Positions 57,394 through 64,000 of a stretch of 64,000 bases of DNA are shown here, one piece after another (the stretch's first letter is position 1; each line of letters opens with the position of its first letter). Both the position numbers and the translations under genes were made by a program. Origin of the DNA: an uncultured Candidatus Rokubacteria bacterium. Lineage in GTDB: Bacteria > Methylomirabilota > Methylomirabilia > Rokubacteriales > DASRDR01. The stretch is taken from positions 320,001 to 384,000 of the forward strand of contig CAVPSB010000016.1 of the NCBI GenBank assembly GCA_963708025.1, read 5' to 3'. The notes beneath the pieces were generated by a model. The model had not been told where the DNA came from, ran no database searches, and was given only the letters and a program-made list of their open reading frames with translations.

Positions 57394-59537
57394 CGGACCG
57401 CCACGCGCCGGATGAGGAGGTTGCCGAACCTGTCGACCGCCACCGCGAAGCCCGGCTCGACCACCGTGGTGGAATCGATCTGCTCGACGAGGGCCGGGCC
57501 GCGGAAGCGGTTCCCGGCCCGGAGCCGGTAGCGGTCGAAGACGGGGCAGCGCCGGGCGGAGGCGGCCGACCCGGTGCCGAAGACCACCGGGCGCGACGCC
57601 TTGAGCGCCGTCCCCGGGTCGCGCCCGCCGGCGGGCACCCGACGGAGGCGCGGCCGCGCGACCACGCCGATCCCGGTGAGCCGGACGTTCACCACCTCGA
57701 CGGGCTCGCCCCGGGCGGCGAAGCCGTAGGCCCGGTCGTGGGCCCGGAAGAACGCCGCCTCCAGGCCGGCCAGGCGCGAGCGCGTGAGGGGCCCGGCCGG
57801 CAACGGGATCGCCAGCTCGAAGGACTGACCGACGTAGCGGAGGTCGAGGGCCCGCACCCACCGGATGCGCGCCCCGGCCACGCCCTCGCGTCGCAGGACC
57901 CGCGTCGCCTCCGCCTCGAACTCGGCGAGGATGCGGCGGATCGCCTCGGCGTCGGCCTGGCCCAGCGGCCGGAGGTAGCTCCGGACGTAGTCGTGCTTCA
58001 GGTCGCAGGTCAGGAGCCCCAGCGCGGAGGAGACGCCCGGGGCGGGCGGCACCAGGATCCTTCGGATCCCGAGCGCGCGCGCCACCGCGGTGACGTGGAG
58101 CGGGCCGGCGCCGCCGAACGCGACCAGCAGGAAGGCGCGCGGGTCGAAGCCTCGCTGGACCGAGATCATCCGGATCGCCTCCACCATCTTGGCGTTGGCG
58201 ATCTCCAGCATCCCGAGCGCCGCCTCCCGCGGCCGGAGGCCGAGCGGCCGCGCCAGCTCGTCGGCGATGGCCCGCTCGGCCCCCGCCACGCTGACCGGCA
58301 TCTCCCCCCCGAGGAAGTAGTCGGGGTTCAGGCGGCCGAGGATCAGGTTGGCGTCGGTCAGCGTCGGTCGGGTGCCGCCGCGGCCGTAGCAGGCCGGCCC
58401 GGGGTCGGCCCCGGCGCTCTGCGGGCCCACCCGGAAGGCGCCGCCCGGGTCGACCCAGCCCAGGCTGCCGCCGCCGGCGCCGATCTCGACCAGCTCGATG
58501 GCGGGCACCTTGATCGGGTAGCCGGTGCCGCGGCGGCCCCCGGCGCCCCGGACCGCATCGGCGCCGTCACCGGCCAGGCCACCTACCTCGAACTCGGAGA
58601 CCAGCCGGGGCACCCCGTCCACCACGAGCCCGGCCTTCGCGGTCGTGCCGCCCATGTCGAAGGCGATCAGGCTCCGCGCCCCGATCGCCTGCCCCAGGTA
58701 CATGGCCGCGATGACGCCGGCCGCCGGACCCGACTCCAGCAGGTGGACGGGGCGGACGCGGGCGGTCCCGGTCGCGATGATCCCGCCGCTCGAGGTCATC
58801 AGGTGGAGCGGCGCCCCGATCCGGCCCTGGACGAGCCCCTGCTCGATCCCCTCCAGGTACCGCGACACCACCGGGGCCACCAGCCCATTGACGGCGGCCG
58901 TGCAGAAGCGCGGGTACTCGCGGAACTCGGGGCAGATGTCCGACGAGGCGGCCACGAAGACGTCGGGCAGGGCCTCGGCCAGGATCGCCGCCGCCCGGCG
59001 CTCGGGTCCGGGATTCCGGTAGGAGTGGAGGAACCCGACGACGATCGCCCGGACCCGGCACCGCCGCAGCGCGGGCGCCAGCGCCCGGACGGCGGCCTCG
59101 TCGAGGGGGACCAGCTCCTGGCCCTCGGCGTCGGTCCGCTGGGGGACCTCGAAGGTCAGCTCGCGCGGGATCAGCGCGGGCGGCTTGTCCGCCCGGAGAT
59201 CGTAGAGGTCGGGACGGATCTGCCGGCCGATCTCGAACAGATCGCGGAAGCCGACGCCGGTCACGAAGGCCGTCGGCGCCCCCTTGCCCTCGATGACGGT
59301 GTTGGTCGCGACCGTCGTCCCGTGGACGAGGAAGCGGAGCCGTCCCGGCTCGGCGCCCGCCACGGCGAGGATCCGGCTCAGCGCCTCCATGAAGGCCTTC
59401 GACGGGTCGTGGGGCGTCGACGGGACCTTGGCCACGCCGGTGACGCCGGTCGCCTCGTCGATGTAGACGGCGTCGGTGAACGTGCCGCCGATGTCGATGC
59501 CGACCCGGATGCCGGCGGCCGCCCGGCGAGGCGTCAC
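57390..59537 (-). CDS. hyuA: Hydantoinase/oxoprolinase subunit A
   Basis: DIGGTFTD, HGTTVATN, ESGPAAG, DMGGTT, GAGGGS, GPQSAGADPGPACY. Confidence 0.93.
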   Translation of the reverse strand: MTPRRAAAGIRVGIDIGGTFTDAVYIDEATGVTGVAKVPSTPHDPSKAFMEALSRILAVAGAEPGRLRFLVHGTTVATNTVIEGKGAPTAFVTGVGFRDLFEIGRQIRPDLYDLRADKPPALIPRELTFEVPQRTDAEGQELVPLDEAAVRALAPALRRCRVRAIVVGFLHSYRNPGPERRAAAILAEALPDVFVAASSDICPEFREYPRFCTAAVNGLVAPVVSRYLEGIEQGLVQGRIGAPLHLMTSSGGIIATGTARVRPVHLLESGPAAGVIAAMYLGQAIGARSLIAFDMGGTTAKAGLVVDGVPRLVSEFEVGGLAGDGADAVRGAGGRRGTGYPIKVPAIELVEIGAGGGSLGWVDPGGAFRVGPQSAGADPGPACYGRGGTRPTLTDANLILGRLNPDYFLGGEMPVSVAGAERAIADELARPLGLRPREAALGMLEIANAKMVEAIRMISVQRGFDPRAFLLVAFGGAGPLHVTAVARALGIRRILVPPAPGVSSALGLLTCDLKHDYVRSYLRPLGQADAEAIRRILAEFEAEATRVLRREGVAGARIRWVRALDLRYVGQSFELAIPLPAGPLTRSRLAGLEAAFFRAHDRAYGFAARGEPVEVVNVRLTGIGVVARPRLRRVPAGGRDPGTALKASRPVVFGTGSAASARRCPVFDRYRLRAGNRFRGPALVEQIDSTTVVEPGFAVAVDRFGNLLIRRVAVR

Positions 59538-61300
59538 GTCCCCGCCTCCCGGCACTCTCGCGTCGCCTCGGCGTCGATCGTCAGGGTGGCCGGGTCCACG
59601 ACCACCCGGTAGAGCTCCCGCGCGCGGGCGGGGCTCACCTTGCCGCCGCGCACGTCGTGGAGCACCGCCTCGGGGTCGCGCTCCCGCGCGGGGCCGTAGC
59701 CGCCCCCGCCGGGCGTCCGGACGCTCAGCACCGTCCCGGGCGCCAGCGTGGTGGTGACCTTCGAGGGCAGCACCTGCTCGGCGGCCCCCGGGTTCAGGAT
59801 GTACCCGGCCGGCCGCGCCGACTCCCCGCCGAAGAGGCCCCACGGGGGAAACTTCGTCCGGTCCGAGAGGAGCGTCAGCTCCACGCGGTGGTCTGGGAAG
59901 ACGTAGTCCCGCCGGACGCCGAGGCCGCCGCGGGACCGGCCGGCGCCCTCGCTGTCCGGGATCAGCTCGTAGCGCAGCACGCGGAACGGGAAGGCCAGCT
60001 CGGCCTCCTCGATCGGCGTGTTCTCCGTGTTCTGGATGTGGGCCTGCACGGCGTCCATGCCGTCGCGGTCGAGGCGGGCGCCCCCGCCGCCGGCGACCGT
60101 CTCCACGAAGCAGTAGTAGCGCCCGGTCCGGGGGTGGGTGCCGCCGAAGCCGATATAGCAGATGATGCCCTTGCTGGAGGCCACCACGCGCTCCGGGACC
60201 AGCCCGGCGAAGGCAAGGAACAGGAGGTCGCAGAGCCGGATCCCCACCTCGGCGGCGCCGACCACCGGCGCCGGGTGCCGGGCGTGGAAGATCGTCCCCT
60301 CGGTCGTCAGCACCTTGATCGGGCGATAGAGCCCGTCGTTGATCGGGATGTCGGGGTCGATGAGCGCCTTCACGACGTACGCGAACGAGGCGTACGTTGA
60401 CACGAACGTGGCGTTCATCGAGCTGAGCCGCTGGGGCGGCGCCTCCCGGCAGTCCATCGTCGCCTCGCCGCCGCCCACGGTGACCGTGACCCGCAGGGGG
60501 ATCGGCTCGCCGGTCACCCCGTCGTCGTCGAGGCTGGTCTCGGCCTGCACCGTGCCAGGGGGAATTCGCTTCAGCGCCGCCCGGGTCCGGTCCTCCGTGT
60601 AGTCCTGGAGCGCCCGGATGTACCGCGCGAGCCGGGCCGCCCCGTACCGCCGGAGCAGCTCGGTGAGCCGCCGCACGCCGATGACGTTGGCCGCGATCTG
60701 GGCGCGCACGTCACCCGCGTTCTGGCTCGGGGTGCGCACGTTGGCCAGGAAGAAGTCGAGCTTCTCCGTGTCCACCCGACCGCCGGCGACCAGCCGGATG
60801 GGCGGGATGATGACGCCCTCCTGGAAGATCTCGGTGGCGATGCAGATGCTGGCCGGGGCCCGCCCGCCCACGTCGGTGTGGTGGGCGATGTTGGCGACGA
60901 AGCCGAACAGCCGGCCCCCCCGGCCCGGCTCGAAGACCGGCGCCACGAAGAGCAGCTCGTTCAGGTGGATCGAGCCCCGGTGGGGGTCGTTCATCGCGAC
61001 CTGGTCCCCCAGGTGGAGGCGCTCGACACCGTACTCCCGGAGCACCGTGGGCACCATGAACGCGAGGGCCGGGAGATGGTTCCCCTGGCCGAACGACTGG
61101 GCGGCGATGCGGAGGTCCCGGTCGAAGAGGGCGCAGGACATGTCCTCGCGCGCCTTGATGTTCGTGGAGTACGCGGACTTCTTCAGGGCCAGCCCCATCT
61201 CGGTGGTGATGCAGGCCAGGGCGTTGCGGATCACCTCGAAGAGGATCGGGTCGAGCCCGCGCCGCCACGCCGGCGCGCTTCGTGTCTGGCCGCGCTTCAT
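59534..61300 (-). CDS. hyuB: Hydantoinase/oxoprolinase subunit B
   Basis: SAYSTNIK, NDPHRG..HLNE, HHTDVGG, FQEG, NTPIEEAE, TPGGGGYG. Confidence 0.93.
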   Translation of the reverse strand: MKRGQTRSAPAWRRGLDPILFEVIRNALACITTEMGLALKKSAYSTNIKAREDMSCALFDRDLRIAAQSFGQGNHLPALAFMVPTVLREYGVERLHLGDQVAMNDPHRGSIHLNELLFVAPVFEPGRGGRLFGFVANIAHHTDVGGRAPASICIATEIFQEGVIIPPIRLVAGGRVDTEKLDFFLANVRTPSQNAGDVRAQIAANVIGVRRLTELLRRYGAARLARYIRALQDYTEDRTRAALKRIPPGTVQAETSLDDDGVTGEPIPLRVTVTVGGGEATMDCREAPPQRLSSMNATFVSTYASFAYVVKALIDPDIPINDGLYRPIKVLTTEGTIFHARHPAPVVGAAEVGIRLCDLLFLAFAGLVPERVVASSKGIICYIGFGGTHPRTGRYYCFVETVAGGGGARLDRDGMDAVQAHIQNTENTPIEEAELAFPFRVLRYELIPDSEGAGRSRGGLGVRRDYVFPDHRVELTLLSDRTKFPPWGLFGGESARPAGYILNPGAAEQVLPSKVTTTLAPGTVLSVRTPGGGGYGPARERDPEAVLHDVRGGKVSPARARELYRVVVDPATLTIDAEATRECREAGT

Positions 61301-62574
61301 CGCAGGAGCAGGCGTGGCAGGAACAGGGTGAGGCTCGGCACGTAGGTGATGAGCAGGAGCAGCAGCACGAGGGCGGTGATGAATGGCAGCACCTCCCGGG
61401 TGAACGTCGCCACCGAACAGTTGGCGATGCTGCAGGTGATGAACATGTTGGTGCCGACCGGCGGGGTGATGACCCCGAGGACGACGTTCAGCACGAACAC
61501 GACGCCGAAGTGGACCGGGTCGATGCCGTACTTCGCGATGACCGGGACCAGCATGGGGCCGAGGATCACCATCAGCGGCACCGGCTCGATCGGGATCCCG
61601 AGCAGGAACAGCACGACGTTGATGACCAGGAGGACCACCCATGGCTGGTCGGTCAGCGACAGGAACGCGGTCGTGATCCCCTGCGGGATCTGCTCCACCG
61701 CCAGGATCCAGCCGACCAGGTTGAAGACCCCGAGGAGCAGGTAGACGACCGACGTGGTGACCACGACCTCGGTGAGGATCCCGGGCAGCGCCCGCCACCG
61801 GAGCTCGCGGTAGGCCAGGCCGAGAAGGAGGCTGTAGAGGACGGCCAGGGCCGCCGCCTCGGTCGGCGTGACCACGCCGGCCACCATGCCGCCGAGCACG
61901 ACCACCGGCGTCAGCATGGCCGGTCCGGCCCGCCGGAACGTCCGCCACACCTCGAGCGCCGTCGGGCGCTGGGCGGCGGCCCCGTAGCCGCGCCGCCGCG
62001 CGACCAGGTAGCAGGCCACCATCAGGTAGACGCCCATCAGGAGACCGGGCACGACGCCGGCCAGGAAGAGCTGGCCGATGGAGACGCCGGTCAGGCTGCC
62101 GAAGATGACGAAGGCGATGCTGGGCGGGATGATCGGGCCGATGGTTGCCGCCGCGGCGCTGATCGCCGCCGCGAAGCCGGGGGAGTAGCCCTGGCGGACC
62201 ATGCTCGGGATGAGCACCGTCCCGGTGGCGGCGGCGTCGGCGGCGGCGCTCCCCGACATGCCGGACATGATGACGTTGGCCAGCACCGTCACGTGGCCGA
62301 GCCCGCCGTGGATGTGGCCGACCAGCGCCGTCGAGAAGTCGACCAGCCGGCTCGTGATGCCGCCGGCGTTCATCAGCCCGCCGGCCAGCAGGAAGAACGG
62401 GATCGCCAGCAGGAGGAAGGAGTCCATCCCGGTGACCATCTTCTGCGGGATGGTCATGAGCGAGAAGTCGCCGGCCACCAGCAGGTACCCGAGCCCCAGG
62501 ACTCCCATGCCGAAGGCGACGGGCAGCCCGAGCAGGAGCACGGCGACGAAGGCCGCGGCCAGGAGGAGAGCCAT
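61297..62574 (-). CDS. dctM: TRAP transporter large permease
   Basis: LLAIPFFLLAG, SGSAAAD, IIPPSI, TPTEAA, ITPPVG. Confidence 0.93.
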   Translation of the reverse strand: MALLLAAAFVAVLLLGLPVAFGMGVLGLGYLLVAGDFSLMTIPQKMVTGMDSFLLLAIPFFLLAGGLMNAGGITSRLVDFSTALVGHIHGGLGHVTVLANVIMSGMSGSAAADAAATGTVLIPSMVRQGYSPGFAAAISAAAATIGPIIPPSIAFVIFGSLTGVSIGQLFLAGVVPGLLMGVYLMVACYLVARRRGYGAAAQRPTALEVWRTFRRAGPAMLTPVVVLGGMVAGVVTPTEAAALAVLYSLLLGLAYRELRWRALPGILTEVVVTTSVVYLLLGVFNLVGWILAVEQIPQGITTAFLSLTDQPWVVLLVINVVLFLLGIPIEPVPLMVILGPMLVPVIAKYGIDPVHFGVVFVLNVVLGVITPPVGTNMFITCSIANCSVATFTREVLPFITALVLLLLLITYVPSLTLFLPRLLLR

Positions 62575-62588
62575 GGGAGCGGGCAGCC

Positions 62589-63101
62589 TCAGCCCGGGCG
62601 GCGGGCCCGACCGACCGCGAAGGCGAGGGCCTGAAGGGCCATGAGCGCCGCGCCCACGGGCACCGCCAGGTAGACGAGCCCCATCGGGAGACCGAGTGCC
62701 GGCGAGACCTGGCGCATGGTGCGCAGCGTCAGTGCCACCCCCTGCCAGGCGAGCACGGCGAGGAACAGGGCGCTCAGGAGGTACGCGACGAGCCGGACGA
62801 GCCGCCCGGCGGCCGGCGGCAAGAGGTCGGGCAGCACGTCGACGGCCGCGTGGGCCCCCCGCTCGAAGGCCACCGCGCTCCCGAGCATGACCAGCCAGAT
62901 GGTGGTGAAGCGGGCCAGCTCGTCGGTCCAGTGGAGCGACCCGCCGAGCACGCCGAAGTACCGCACCGCGACCGCCAGCAGGACGGCCGTGACGAGCACA
63001 ACCAGCGCCGCGTTGGTCAGATAGCGCACCGCCGCCAGGACCCCGGCGTAGGCGCGCTCGAGCCCGGCTGGTGCCCCCGAGGCCCCGTTGGATGATGTCA
63101 G
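62589..63101 (-). CDS. dctQ: TRAP transporter small permease; start displaced by insertion (CTG 63101, or GTG 63029)
   Basis: WTDELARF..W..MLG, H.AVD, SPALGLPM..YLAVPVG; frame open to 63101. Confidence 0.88.
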   Translation of the reverse strand: MTSSNGASGAPAGLERAYAGVLAAVRYLTNAALVVLVTAVLLAVAVRYFGVLGGSLHWTDELARFTTIWLVMLGSAVAFERGAHAAVDVLPDLLPPAAGRLVRLVAYLLSALFLAVLAWQGVALTLRTMRQVSPALGLPMGLVYLAVPVGAALMALQALAFAVGRARRPG

Positions 63102-63247
63102 TTTGGGACCTCCCTCCTACCCCCCCAACCCCCCTCCCCCACCCACCGGGGGGAGGCGGGAGTCGGAAGACCCATTGCTTCCACACGTTCTCAGTTCCGA
63201 ACCTCCCTCCTACCCCCCGGAGCACGCCATTCCTTCACATGCTCTCA
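63098..63247 (-). mobile_element. Two tandem family B elements in the apparent original dctQ ATG
   Basis: TCA on + at 63098, 63191 and 63245 delimits two related units. Confidence 0.75.
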
Positions 63248-63269
63248 TCCCGACTCGACAGTCCTAGCC

Positions 63270-63362
63270 GCTCCCTCTCCCTCCCTCTGGAGGGAGAGGG
63301 CCAGGGTGAGGGTGGTGCCGATGCATCTCCCCCTACCCTCTCCCCCGAGGGGGAGAGGGTAG
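63270..63362. repeat. Two REP-like palindromes
   Basis: CTCCCTCTGGAGGGAG-centred unit and TACCCTCTCCCCCGAGGGGGAGAGGGTA. Confidence 0.65.
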
Positions 63363-63370
63363 AAAGGGTG

Positions 63371-64000
63371 TCATTGCTTCTGGATGGCGTCGACGACGCC
63401 GGCCATCCCCGTCTTCTTGGCCCACTCGTCCCAGAACGGCCGGACGGCGGCCTGGAACGGCTTGATGTCCACCGCCACCAGCTGGAGCCCCTTCGTCGCC
63501 AGCTCGGCCTCGGCTTTCTCGTTGCCGGCCTGGGCGGCCGCCCGCTGAGCCTGCCAGACCTCGAGCCCCGTCTCGTCGATGACTTTCCGGACGTCCGGGG
63601 GCAGCCCCTGGTAGGTCTTCTCGCTCACCAGGAGCTGGAGCGTGGCCATGATGTGACCGGTCTTGGCGATGTACTTGCCCACCTCGAACATCTTCTGGTT
63701 GAGGATGACGTCGGGCACCCCTTCGAGGCCGTCGACGACCCCGTTCTGGACGGCCAGGTAGGTCTCGCCCCAGGGCACGCCCACCGGGTTGGCGCCGAGC
63801 AGCCGGAAGGTTCTCAGGAACGTCTCGGCTTCCGGCACCCGGATCTTCAGCCCCTTGAGGTCGTCGATCGCCTTGACCGGGCGAGTGCGCGTCAGCACGT
63901 ACCGGAAGCCCTGGGCGCCCGAGCCCAGCACCCGGATGCCGGCCTTCCCGCGCAGGCTGTCCCAGACCTGCTGGCCGATCGGGCCGTCCATCACCCGGTT
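63371..64000 (-). CDS. dctP: TRAP substrate-binding protein, 5' part outside window
   Basis: DLKGLKIRVP, LGANP, YLAVQNGVVDGLE. Confidence 0.92.
   Translation of the reverse strand, partial: NRVMDGPIGQQVWDSLRGKAGIRVLGSGAQGFRYVLTRTRPVKAIDDLKGLKIRVPEAETFLRTFRLLGANPVGVPWGETYLAVQNGVVDGLEGVPDVILNQKMFEVGKYIAKTGHIMATLQLLVSEKTYQGLPPDVRKVIDETGLEVWQAQRAAAQAGNEKAEAELATKGLQLVAVDIKPFQAAVRPFWDEWAKKTGMAGVVDAIQKQ

Overview
High-GC bacterial chromosomal window. The rRNA operon and gene content suggest Candidatus Rokubacteria/Methylomirabilota (inference; needs 16S classification). It looks like a long-read assembly, because several otherwise intact genes carry single-base frameshifts. Contents in order: an Mla/Pqi-type MCE lipid-transport operon, signalling genes, envelope genes (PagL-like, lnt), a B12 radical SAM enzyme and a Mo oxidoreductase, peptidases, an aromatic/CoA-ligase catabolic cluster, a complete rrn operon (16S-tRNA-Ile-tRNA-Ala-23S-5S, minus strand) and a TRAP/hydantoinase operon. 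Two things stand out. (1) An apparently cytoplasmic protease operon at about 51.3-55.9 kb: a truncated hypothetical gene, a signal-less thermolysin-type M4 protease, an archaemetzincin-like protein with its zinc ligands lost, and a stand-alone caspase-like CHAT protease. It sits under a clean sigma70-type promoter with an adjacent palindromic site. (2) Several families of short non-coding intergenic elements. One duplicates TGA, appears to have inserted into start codons, and supplies its own Shine-Dalgarno plus CTG. Another is a CTAG-flanked MITE at TAG stops. A roughly 20-nt GNA-triloop hairpin module is nested inside several of these families.
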